DNA of 64,000 nucleotides from positions 1 to 64,000 of the IMG/VR virus record IMGVR_UViG_3300044710_000077; one strand, 5' to 3'. This stretch comes from a virus. Below, in pieces: positions 1-8,441 of the stretch (position 1 is the stretch's first letter; each line of letters starts with the position of its first letter). The position numbers and the translations under genes were made by a program. The notes below the pieces were generated by a model. It had not been told where the DNA came from, made no database searches, and saw nothing but the letters and a program-made list of their open reading frames with translations.

Positions 1-202
1 ATTGAACACGCCGGCGCAGTCGGTCTCGCATCACTTCAACTTCCTTGCGCCGATATTTTCTCCGATATGATCGCGGCGTTTTGAACGTGAACCATCCCCG
101 GAGTATTCGATTTCAGGCGGCGTGTTTATCGTATTTACAGCCTGAAAGGCGTTTATATACTCCAAAATCAATGCATCTTCTTGTGCGCCCATGGCGTCCT
201 AC

Positions 203-517
203 CTAATCGTTCGTCCCGACGCTCTGCATCGGCAAGGTGCACTCGACCGGCGTATTCATGCGCTCGATCTCGGCAAAGCATTCCGCACGGAACCAGCTTG
301 CGACCATTTCCAGCCGCTGCGCATAGGTGGCCCGGCGCCATGCCCGCGGATCGACCAAGCTATCGGAAGCCGACTCGTCCGGCAGCAAAAGCATGGTCCG
401 CAGCGACCGGATGGCGTCGGCCGCGAAGGGCTCATATGCCGCCTGCCGCAGCATGTTCGGGCATTGATAGCCGCCAGCGCGGATACGGGCGACCTGGATT
501 TCGGGTTGATATGCCAT
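203..517 (-). CDS. hypothetical phage protein
   Basis: ATG at 517 with GAGG upstream; lies in a tightly packed minus-strand run of small genes. Confidence 0.55.
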   Translation of the reverse strand: MAYQPEIQVARIRAGGYQCPNMLRQAAYEPFAADAIRSLRTMLLLPDESASDSLVDPRAWRRATYAQRLEMVASWFRAECFAEIERMNTPVECTLPMQSVGTND

Positions 518-524
518 GGCGCCC

Positions 525-1019
525 TCACGCGTACTTTTCTTCGCCGAACACGACGGCTTGCAGGAAGGCGTCGGCACAAGGCGCGTCGGTGTCGTCCTGT
601 AAGATTTGCGCGAACGCGTGCGGAAACTTTTCCGCCATGACCGCAAGGCCAGCGTGCAAATGGTCGCGCGTAACGATATGGGATTTCAGCGCGCCGGACG
701 CTAAGTTTTTGTCGGTGGTGACATCGAAATCGGCGCCAGCGCCGAACATGCCTTCGCATGGCGTTCCGTCGTCATAGAACCATTGGAACGCGTTTTCGTC
801 GGCGACCTCGATAATCTCGATTTGGAAATCGTCGGCGTCGTAGAAATCTGGGCGGTCGTAATGCCAGTTGCCCTTGGGCGGCTCAGTATCGCGCGTCCGA
901 TAATAGATGCCCCAGCACCATCCGCCCTTGCTGGCGGTGGTCACGGGGTCGCCGGACTCGATAGCCGAGCACATCAAATTCGCAATGCGGTCGGCCGGAA
1001 TATTCAGGGTGATTTGCAT
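525..1019 (-). CDS. hypothetical acidic phage protein
   Basis: Start trimmed to MQITLNIP (GGAGA SD upstream); protein-like composition. Confidence 0.7.
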   Translation of the reverse strand: MQITLNIPADRIANLMCSAIESGDPVTTASKGGWCWGIYYRTRDTEPPKGNWHYDRPDFYDADDFQIEIIEVADENAFQWFYDDGTPCEGMFGAGADFDVTTDKNLASGALKSHIVTRDHLHAGLAVMAEKFPHAFAQILQDDTDAPCADAFLQAVVFGEEKYA

Positions 1020-1070
1020 TTGCCGTTCTCCTATCGGGCGGTGCGCATTGCACCAGGGCATGTCGCGACC

Positions 1071-1328
1071 CTAGGCCCGGGATTTTGCCCTGTCAACTCC
1101 GGTTTTTGCCCCGGCCAAATATTTGTCCACAGACCCGCGAAAGGCGGCCACGAATTTCAGCACGGTTATGTCCCGCTGCCCCTCGTCGGGCATCTGGCCG
1201 ACAACCATGCTGGCGACAGCAAAGGCTAGATTTGGCGCGCTGCTGTAGCCGGGCGCCTTGTGGTGACGGCGCTGAATCCGCCGGGCGATATCGGCCACGA
1301 ATTGCTCGTCGGTCTGGGGTTTTGGCAT
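1071..1328 (-). CDS. hypothetical protein
   Basis: 85-aa ORF with AGGA SD, co-oriented with neighbours. Confidence 0.6.
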   Translation of the reverse strand: MPKPQTDEQFVADIARRIQRRHHKAPGYSSAPNLAFAVASMVVGQMPDEGQRDITVLKFVAAFRGSVDKYLAGAKTGVDRAKSRA

Positions 1329-1355
1329 GGCGGGTTCCTGGGCGATTGTCGGCGG

Positions 1356-1577
1356 TTAGTGCCTATTCGTCGCGGCGCGAAGTTTGCTTTTGATCCATTG
1401 TACGGTGGAAGGGGCGCTCATCAGATAGATGTTCACGCCGCCAAAGAAACACCACCACATATCGCTGAAAGCGGGATGGCGGGTATCCGCACCAAGCGCC
1501 AGATCGAGCAACCCAACGATTGCAGCGTTAATCGCACTGATTATCACCGTATCCCAAAACGTGATGGTCTTTGTCAT
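1356..1577 (-). CDS. small membrane protein
   Basis: Two hydrophobic stretches; AGGA SD. Confidence 0.55.
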   Translation of the reverse strand: MTKTITFWDTVIISAINAAIVGLLDLALGADTRHPAFSDMWWCFFGGVNIYLMSAPSTVQWIKSKLRAATNRH

Positions 1578-1589
1578 GCTAACGTCCTG

Positions 1590-1871
1590 TTATCCGCGAC
1601 CTTCGGCTTCCAAGTGTTCGAGAGGATCATGGCGCCCGTCATCAATGTCGGTGAGAATGCGGCTGCCAAGCGTGGTCATCGCCGCGCAGAACTCGTCAGT
1701 GACACCACACGATCGAACGCCAACGCGCTCGTCCCGCGTGAACTCCACCAGCACGCAGCCGAACAGATTGTGTTTGGTGGCCAGGGCGCTCAAGTCACGC
1801 TGCAGAGCGTCGCGCTGATTGCTCTCGCGGTATCCAGGGCGGTCAGCAATAGGCTTGTCGATAAGTGCCAT
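1590..1871 (-). CDS. hypothetical protein
   Basis: Start trimmed to MALIDKP (GGAG SD). Confidence 0.6.
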   Translation of the reverse strand: MALIDKPIADRPGYRESNQRDALQRDLSALATKHNLFGCVLVEFTRDERVGVRSCGVTDEFCAAMTTLGSRILTDIDDGRHDPLEHLEAEGRG

Positions 1872-1896
1872 CGTCGTTCTCCAAGTTAACCCCGTG

Positions 1897-4293
1897 CTAT
1901 CGCCCGCTGCCCAGCAGGTCGGCCACGTCGGCCGGGTCCTCGCCCGGCGCCAGCAGCATAGGCTGATCCGGCGCCTGCGCAACTGTCGGGGGTGGAGTAT
2001 CAATCCCGACGACCTTGCGGCCAGACCGCCAGATGAAATCTTTCTCCTTCCCTATCAAATTCATTTTTCCGGCCCAATCGTAGTCAGCGTAGGTACGTTC
2101 CACCGCCCTTTTGCAAGCAATGTGCAGCCGCTTGCCCCACGGGAAGCCCTCCACCGGCGGGTCGTCTCGGTCATTTGAGAACCGGATTTCCGACAGGGCG
2201 GCGACCCAGTCGCCAACGGTACAGACCAGTTCGCCGACTCGCGCAGGCAGCGGCACGTCTGGAATGGGGACGACGCGGCCGTGATCGGCCAGGGCTTTGA
2301 CCAACGCGCGCATGATGACGCGGTTGTTGGGCTTCAAATCGGCCCAGCCGTGGGGGATTTGATATGCGGTTGCCGCGGCCGGCTTATCGAACGTCTGGGC
2401 GTCCAGCGCCGACACCACGCATGACGTGACCCTGTCGCCATCGGCGTCAATCGACAGCACGACCTGGGGCAGTATGAACCGGCGGAAAAGGCCGTCCTGG
2501 TCGTCCTTTTGCTTTGTCACCGTCATGTGGCGCACGTCCAGCGTGCCCACCTTGTCCTCGGTGCGCACGACCTCCACCGCATTGTCGACATTGCCCAGAA
2601 AGCCCGACCAGCCGCGCGGGCTGCCGCCGCCCTTCGGCGTGTGGTGCACCAGGGCCACGTGGGCACCGGTTTCGTTCGCGATACGCCGGCAGCGCGCCAG
2701 CACGGGGCCAACGTCCTTGCCGGCGTTTTCGTCAGCGCCTGGCGTGGCCGCACTGAACGTGTCGATTACGACAAGTTCCAGCGGCGCGTCGTAGAACGAC
2801 CGCCATGCCTTGATTTCCTCGATCAGCTTATCAACGTCCGCGTCGCTGACGAAAAGGTTAACCGGAGACGGCAGCAGCACGAACGGCAAGTCAACGTCGT
2901 GGCGCACCTTGTGGTGCAGGCGGTAGGCGCGTAGGCGCTTTTTAAGCCCCAGGCCGCCCTCGCCGGCTTGGTAGATGACCAGCCCCGGACGTGTGCGCTG
3001 GCCCAGCCATGACAGTCCGCGCGCAATTGCAAGCCCCGCGTCTGTGGCCAAAAAACTTTTGCCGCATCCAGGAAGTCCGTACCATATCGACACTTCCCCG
3101 CGGGTCAGCACGCCCTTTATCAGCCATTCCAGTTCGCGCGCCGGCGTGTCCAGGCCGATGAAACGAACGGCGCCGAACGCCGATTCGGGCGGCGCCGGCG
3201 TCCAGTCCGGCAGCTTGTCGACAAGCGCCCACAGCTTTTGCACGTTGCCGCCAGCATGGTCGCGCCAGTCGGTAACGTCGGCGCCGGCCGGCGCGCTCGA
3301 CCAGACCGTGGCCCAGTCGACCACACGCACCCGCTTGGCAATGCCACGCAGGCTGGCGGCCTTGCGGTGCCCGTATTCGCGCCCGGACCTGTCGTTGTCC
3401 ATAAGCACGACCATGTCGGCGTCGCGCAGCATTTCGGCGTGGTGCGGCGACCAGTTCTTCGACCCGCCGCTGGAATCGGTCGCCAGCAGGCCCCAGGCGG
3501 TCAGCGTGTCGCAATCTTTCTCGCCTTCGACCGAAAACACCACCCGTCTGTCAGCAGCATCCTGGGCCATTTCCTCGGCAATGGCGGCCATGTTGTAGAG
3601 GCCGTGCGGGACCGCGTCAGTGACCTCGATACGCTTGCCGGGCCAGTCGGCGCGCGGTTTCGTCAGGCGGTAAAAATCGCCGTCGCGCGCCTGGACATAC
3701 GTGTCGGCGTCCAGGCCCCATATCCAGTGCCCGCGGTCGTCGCCCCAAGTCGGCCGGCGTTGCAGGAACGTCTTTTTGCGTTCCCCCTTGTCGACCCATT
3801 CCTGGCGGCAGACCTGGTAAATCAAGCCGCCGTCGGCGTCGGTGTAGTCGTAAGTTTTTGTGATCTGCCGGCGGCTGGTCACCTGCGGCGCAGCCGCGGC
3901 GCCAGGCATAGGCCCCGGGTCGTCGGGCTCATCCGGCGGCGGTTCGGCGTCCGGCCGCGCGCGGGTCACAGGGCGCGCCGCTGGCGCGCTGTCGCCAGGG
4001 ACGGTCATGCCGGCAATGGCGGCCAGGTCGCGGACGGCTTCGACGAACGTGCCGCCCGTCATCTTTTGTTCAAAGGCGACGATATCGCCGCCGAACCCGG
4101 CGCTGAAATCGTACCACATGCCCTTATCGTCGTTGACGGTGAACGACGGCGTGCGCTCCTCTTTGAACGGGGAAAGGGCCTTAAATTCGTGGCCTTCGCG
4201 CTTTAACCCGGGCAGCCGACGACGCACGACGTCCGACACCGGCAACGCTGCGCGCAGGTCGTCCAGGAACTTGTCGGGTATCCGGCCGGCCAT
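1897..4293 (-). CDS. DNA primase-helicase (DnaG-type N-terminal domain, TOPRIM, RepA/AAA_25 helicase)
   Basis: N-terminal LSPFKEERTPSFTVNDDKGMWYDF; TOPRIM motifs VEGEKD and DND..G; Walker A GLPGCGKS; Walker B LVVIDT; VHHT motif. Confidence 0.92.
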   Translation of the reverse strand: MAGRIPDKFLDDLRAALPVSDVVRRRLPGLKREGHEFKALSPFKEERTPSFTVNDDKGMWYDFSAGFGGDIVAFEQKMTGGTFVEAVRDLAAIAGMTVPGDSAPAARPVTRARPDAEPPPDEPDDPGPMPGAAAAPQVTSRRQITKTYDYTDADGGLIYQVCRQEWVDKGERKKTFLQRRPTWGDDRGHWIWGLDADTYVQARDGDFYRLTKPRADWPGKRIEVTDAVPHGLYNMAAIAEEMAQDAADRRVVFSVEGEKDCDTLTAWGLLATDSSGGSKNWSPHHAEMLRDADMVVLMDNDRSGREYGHRKAASLRGIAKRVRVVDWATVWSSAPAGADVTDWRDHAGGNVQKLWALVDKLPDWTPAPPESAFGAVRFIGLDTPARELEWLIKGVLTRGEVSIWYGLPGCGKSFLATDAGLAIARGLSWLGQRTRPGLVIYQAGEGGLGLKKRLRAYRLHHKVRHDVDLPFVLLPSPVNLFVSDADVDKLIEEIKAWRSFYDAPLELVVIDTFSAATPGADENAGKDVGPVLARCRRIANETGAHVALVHHTPKGGGSPRGWSGFLGNVDNAVEVVRTEDKVGTLDVRHMTVTKQKDDQDGLFRRFILPQVVLSIDADGDRVTSCVVSALDAQTFDKPAAATAYQIPHGWADLKPNNRVIMRALVKALADHGRVVPIPDVPLPARVGELVCTVGDWVAALSEIRFSNDRDDPPVEGFPWGKRLHIACKRAVERTYADYDWAGKMNLIGKEKDFIWRSGRKVVGIDTPPPTVAQAPDQPMLLAPGEDPADVADLLGSGR

Positions 4294-4296
4294 CGG

Positions 4297-4614
4297 CTAG
4301 TCGGGCTTTTTGCTGCCCGGGTGACGCGTCGCGCGCCTGGCCAGTTCGACAATTTCGTCAGCATATTCCGGGTCGTCAGGCCGGGCCGCAGCCGCATAAG
4401 CGAACAACGCCTGCGCCGCATATCGGTCCTTTAATTTGATGACAAAAAACTCGTCATCGTCGCCGGGCTGCCCCATATCGACGACGCCACCGACCCGCAA
4501 TTCATCCAGCGCACGCGCGACGTGCGCCTGGGCGTTTTCCGAATAAACCTTACGCAACCTGACCAGAGCGTATTTCCCAGTTCCGTCGCCCGTCTTATTC
4601 CGGTCCAGCTTCAT
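4297..4614 (-). CDS. hypothetical phage protein
   Basis: FFVIKLKDRYAAQALFAYA segment typical of small phage proteins; ATGA overlap with the upstream gene. Confidence 0.7.
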   Translation of the reverse strand: MKLDRNKTGDGTGKYALVRLRKVYSENAQAHVARALDELRVGGVVDMGQPGDDDEFFVIKLKDRYAAQALFAYAAAARPDDPEYADEIVELARRATRHPGSKKPD

Positions 4615-5216
4615 GGCGTCGACTCCTTTGGAAATTTCTCAAGCTCATCGCCGAAGCCGACCCAGCCGGCTCGGCGCTGCCTTGAATAAACATCGGCCCG
4701 CCAGGCACACGGCGTCAATCGCTCAACTATGGAGTACAGTTCGTCGGGCTTGCGCCCGCTTTCCCGGGCGAACCCGTCGACACTGGTTGCGTCTAAGGTT
4801 TCGATTAGATTTTTGATGCTGGGGCCGCGGGGTCCATGACCATTGCCGCGCACAGCCAGCACGTAGGGCTCGCACACGGTGCGCCAGATATGCCCCGGAC
4901 CCCAGCGCAGCTTGCCGTTAATCGTCCGCTTGGCCCAGTCGCCGCCGGTTTTAATCCGCAGGTCCCAGTCCTGCTCGATTATGCACAATTGGCTATAAAT
5001 ATGCGGCCACGTGCACCAGATGACGGCGCAGCCCCCGGGGCGCAGCAGCCGCTTGACCGGCAGCGCGCGGATTTCGTCCAGGGTCATTAAACGATATTGC
5101 TGGCTTGGGGATTTTTTGCCGCCGGCCGCTGACCACGTCGCCCACGGCCACGGGCAGTCAATTACGGCGACGTCGTACCATGCCGGCATCAAGCCGGGCC
5201 ACGGCCATGCGATCAT
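4611..5216 (-). CDS. MT-A70 family adenine methyltransferase
   Basis: DVAVIDCPW (DPPW position), Y..MTLDEIRALPV, WCTWP, R...E and SGRKPDE motifs; start at ATGA overlap with 5213..5527. Confidence 0.85.
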   Translation of the reverse strand: MIAWPWPGLMPAWYDVAVIDCPWPWATWSAAGGKKSPSQQYRLMTLDEIRALPVKRLLRPGGCAVIWCTWPHIYSQLCIIEQDWDLRIKTGGDWAKRTINGKLRWGPGHIWRTVCEPYVLAVRGNGHGPRGPSIKNLIETLDATSVDGFARESGRKPDELYSIVERLTPCAWRADVYSRQRRAGWVGFGDELEKFPKESTP

Positions 5217-5527
5217 CTCGCCGTTGTCGGGTCCGTTTCCTGGGGCGTCGTTGTTGTCGCCGCCTTTTTCGGCGCCGGCGCCTGTTTCATTTCCGACCGC
5301 TGGCGCGCCCGGGCCACCTTCACCATGTCGACGAACGGCCGCTGGAATTCCGTCAGCAGTTCCAGGATTTCCAGCAGCTTGCGGCTGACCGCCAGCCGCC
5401 GCGCCACGTCCGGGTGCAGCCGCTTGCCTTCCTCGGTCAGAACCGTCTGCCATGCTTCTTGTCGCGTAATTTCCCCAGCCACCCACAGGATCATGTCGGG
5501 CAGGCTGATTTTGTCGTCGTCAGCCAT
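5213..5527 (-). CDS. hypothetical protein
   Basis: ORF coupled to both neighbours. Confidence 0.65.
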   Translation of the reverse strand: MADDDKISLPDMILWVAGEITRQEAWQTVLTEEGKRLHPDVARRLAVSRKLLEILELLTEFQRPFVDMVKVARARQRSEMKQAPAPKKAATTTTPQETDPTTAR

Positions 5528-6151
5528 TTAGAACAGCAGCCCGGATGCCGCCCCTTTCCGGGGGCGCTTGGCCTTTGGCGCGCGGTCGGTCGGCGTATCG
5601 TCGGCCACAAAAGCCGCCCTGGCAGCCGCAGCAACGCGCGGGTTGTGCTGGCCTACAGCCAGCGACCAGATAGCGCACGCGTCAGCCTCATCCCCCGATT
5701 CAACAGCCCAGCCCAAGGCGCGGCATCCCCGAATGGTCATAGCCTTGGCTTCCCCGTCGGGGAACGTGCGGCGCCCCAGCAGATGCTTGCGGCCGTCCTT
5801 GATATCGATTCCCCGAATGACCGGCACACCGGCGAACGCCGCGCAGCTTTCCAGCACGCCAATGGACCCGCGCAACATCATAAGCACGTCCTCGCTGGTG
5901 ACGAATTTATTTTGCTTCATCATCTGCACGATAAAGCCAATCGACAGCGGCAGTTCGTACACGACCTCGTCGACCCGCTGCTGGGCAAAATAGGCGTCGC
6001 AGAACCGCCGCAGGTAGGCCAGCCGGCGCGGCCGGCCATCGCCCGCGTCATCCATATGCCACGACCAAAACCTAGGAGGCGACCCGTCGGCTAGGCCGTC
6101 GCAACAGCCCGTCGCGGTCGCGACGTCGAAAGCCGCGATGAAATGGCCCAA
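5528..6151 (-). CDS. RuvC-like Holliday junction resolvase
   Basis: N-terminal AFDVATATG, VVYE and C-terminal DEADACAI match the RNase H-fold acidic tetrad. Confidence 0.8.
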   Translation of the reverse strand: MGHFIAAFDVATATGCCDGLADGSPPRFWSWHMDDAGDGRPRRLAYLRRFCDAYFAQQRVDEVVYELPLSIGFIVQMMKQNKFVTSEDVLMMLRGSIGVLESCAAFAGVPVIRGIDIKDGRKHLLGRRTFPDGEAKAMTIRGCRALGWAVESGDEADACAIWSLAVGQHNPRVAAAARAAFVADDTPTDRAPKAKRPRKGAASGLLF

Positions 6152-6166
6152 GACACCCCGCCGCCG

Positions 6167-6769
6167 TTAGTGGGCGGTGGTGCTGGGCGCCGGCGGTTCG
6201 TCAGCCAGGGGGTCCTTGGCAGGCGCCTTGATGCCGCCCGCCAGTTCGCGCTGGTGGTCACCCCAGCCGGCCATGTATCGGTCGTGCTGCTCGGTGCCGG
6301 GCGCGTAGCCGTGGTCCTGGGGCTTGGCGGGCTGGTTGCCGATGGAATCAGACTTGCCGACCTCGTAGGGCGCCGCCTGGGGCACGGCCTTCATATCGGC
6401 GAACAGGTCAAGCTGGGCGCCAAGCGGGTGGCCGATCCAGCGCGCGACTTGCAGCCGGTCCTTGACCTCGCCCTGGATTTTGGCCTCGCCTTTCAGGTCG
6501 CCGAGATTATCGGCGATTTCCATTTCCTTGACTTTAAAGCCGTCCTTTTTCAGCGCGGCCTTCACGTCAATGGCAATCTTGTCAACGACGGCCTGTTTTG
6601 CCTGCAATTCCTTCCACTTGTCGTAGTGGTGCAGGAACAGCTTGCGCTTGTCGTCGGGCGACAGGTTGTGTTCGGGCTTGCTGTTGTGGCCCACGCCGGC
6701 GACGCCAGCCGCGCCCGGGACGCCGCTCTTTGTCTTGGTCTTATTCTCGGAACCCTTTGTCCGGGCCAT
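6167..6769 (-). CDS. GapR/DUF2312-like DNA-binding protein with a C-terminal RMF-like motif
   Basis: GVGHNS leader, then a helix ending KAALKKDGFKVKEM (cf. GapR AKGNGFDVK); C-terminal Y..G...Y.......Y.AGW. Confidence 0.5.
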   Translation of the reverse strand: MARTKGSENKTKTKSGVPGAAGVAGVGHNSKPEHNLSPDDKRKLFLHHYDKWKELQAKQAVVDKIAIDVKAALKKDGFKVKEMEIADNLGDLKGEAKIQGEVKDRLQVARWIGHPLGAQLDLFADMKAVPQAAPYEVGKSDSIGNQPAKPQDHGYAPGTEQHDRYMAGWGDHQRELAGGIKAPAKDPLADEPPAPSTTAH

Positions 6770-6793
6770 GGCAGTCTCCGTCGGTTGGCATTT

Positions 6794-7360
6794 TCAACGA
6801 TTGGCGTAATAGGTCGCCCGCTGTGCCGCCCAGCGCATATGCGAGGCGGTATTCCCAGTCGTATCATATGCACGGCCGGAATGGAGTGCGCAATAGGGGC
6901 GACCGGATTCGCAGTCGGCGCCGTCGGCGCCACAGAAAAAAAACTCCTTGGATTGAGGGTCGCCGACCGGCCAGCGGCAGGTCGTGTTGGTCAGTTCCAG
7001 CACCGTCCGGCGCTGGGCTGGCGCGATATCGAAATCCTCAAGCGGGTTGATTTCCAGCATGGGTGGGTCGACGGCCTCGACTAAATTATCGTGCGCGCCA
7101 AAAACACGTTTCAGCCGTCGGCGCTTGGCTTTGATGGCCTGCGCAGGACCACCGCCGATATTTGGGGGACGCGCGCGGCGCACGCGCGGTACCCCTGGCG
7201 CGTGGGCGGACATGCCGCTGAATTTCCGGCGGTGAATTATCCCAATGACAGCATTACGGGAAACGCCGCCTAATTCGACCGCTATCTGACTGGCTGTATA
7301 ATTTTCCATAATCATACGCTTCACGGTCGCCACACGTTCCGCGGTCCAACTTGAGCTCAT
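6794..7360 (-). CDS. gcrA: GcrA cell-cycle regulator homologue
   Basis: WTAERV...TASQIAVELGGVSRNAVIGIIHR HTH plus LELTNTTCRWPVGDP...FFFCG...PYCALH C-terminal domain; start at 7360 (7417 possible). Confidence 0.92.
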   Translation of the reverse strand: MSSSWTAERVATVKRMIMENYTASQIAVELGGVSRNAVIGIIHRRKFSGMSAHAPGVPRVRRARPPNIGGGPAQAIKAKRRRLKRVFGAHDNLVEAVDPPMLEINPLEDFDIAPAQRRTVLELTNTTCRWPVGDPQSKEFFFCGADGADCESGRPYCALHSGRAYDTTGNTASHMRWAAQRATYYANR

Positions 7361-7419
7361 GCGCGGGATGACTGTGCAATCGGGGTCCGTCGTTTCGGTG
7401 ACCGCGCCAGCGTCCATTT

Positions 7420-8120
7420 GCACACCCCATTTGCCGGAATATCCACAGGCTACCGCTGCGATTGCGGCTTTGTCAAATCGGCTCGGCGCTGCGGTAGGCC
7501 GGCCAAGCGACAGCGCGGGCCGGCAGCTAGGCGCGGGTGACGACGGTAAGGTGGGGCGACAAAGTCGCCACCACCGACTGCCTAGTATAATTGCCGCGCG
7601 CGCGAGTCTAAGGTAGGGGCGAAAGGCAAGATGACAGTCGGTGACAAAATTAGGATGGAAAATCGTGTCCATGGGGTGGAAAATCGCGACATAGGCATGA
7701 AATTGTCGCAGCGGAACCGGCGCTGGGCTTTCTCTGCGGCACGGCACTTACGGTGACATTTCCACGTGTGGTGCACGAATTTCAACGCTCACGACAATAA
7801 TCTAGCGGTAGTATGGCTCCATTTCGATTAATTTTCCAAAATACTATCGCTTGTAGCGCGGCGGCAAAAAGGCCGCCCTCCGAAAATAAATTTGTCACTT
7901 TGGCCGCCGTAGGCCGTCGCCGGCGTCAAAAGCGGCCGGTTGCCTTATTCACCCGTTCCTGATTCGTGCCGACAGCGTCCACAGGCGCTGGCACTCCAAT
8001 TTGACGCCGGCCGATATTTGCGCATATCCTAAATTCGCCAACCGACGTTTTACTACCCATGCGGTTTACCATTCCCAACGCCAGCGCGTGCGTGGGGTTC
8101 GTCGGTTGGCGCCTTTGGAG
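7420..8120. promoter_or_regulatory. divergent control region between the replication/regulatory and recombination arms
   Basis: Strand switch; no convincing ORF; AT-richer patches; phased TGGAAAATCG-like repeats at 7656, 7677 and 7698. Confidence 0.6.
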
Positions 8121-8126
8121 GGCGCC

Positions 8127-8438
8127 ATGACCGAACATACGCTAGGCCCATGGACGGCGTGTTTTGAAACCTTGGGCGACAAGGTGATTGGGTTCCATAT
8201 AGCTGCACAGCCATATGGTTCCGCGCGACCGGTATGTGAGGCGCGACAGGCCGACAAGTGCGCCCCCAATATGAAGGCCAACGCGATCTTGATCGCCGCC
8301 GCGCCAGAATTATTGGCAATCGCCAAACGATGGGCCGCGCTAGACGCGGGGGCTTGGCATCAAGAGCGATACGCGGCCGAAAAAGCCGAATTGCTAGACA
8401 ATACTCGCGCCGCCATCACCAAAGCCACCGGAGAATAG
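8127..8438 (+). CDS. hypothetical phage protein ('HT.GPW...ANA.LIAAAPELL' type)
   Basis: GGAGG SD; HTLGPW and ANAILIAAAPELL motifs. Confidence 0.75.
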   Translation: MTEHTLGPWTACFETLGDKVIGFHIAAQPYGSARPVCEARQADKCAPNMKANAILIAAAPELLAIAKRWAALDAGAWHQERYAAEKAELLDNTRAAITKATGE

Positions 8439-8441
8439 GCC

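Noticed and set aside
31-192. Minus-strand 53-aa ORF (MGAQEDAL...) that would read more protein-like with one extra G in the G4 run near position 98
   Set aside because: At the window edge; a short gene, pseudogene and sequencing indel cannot be told apart
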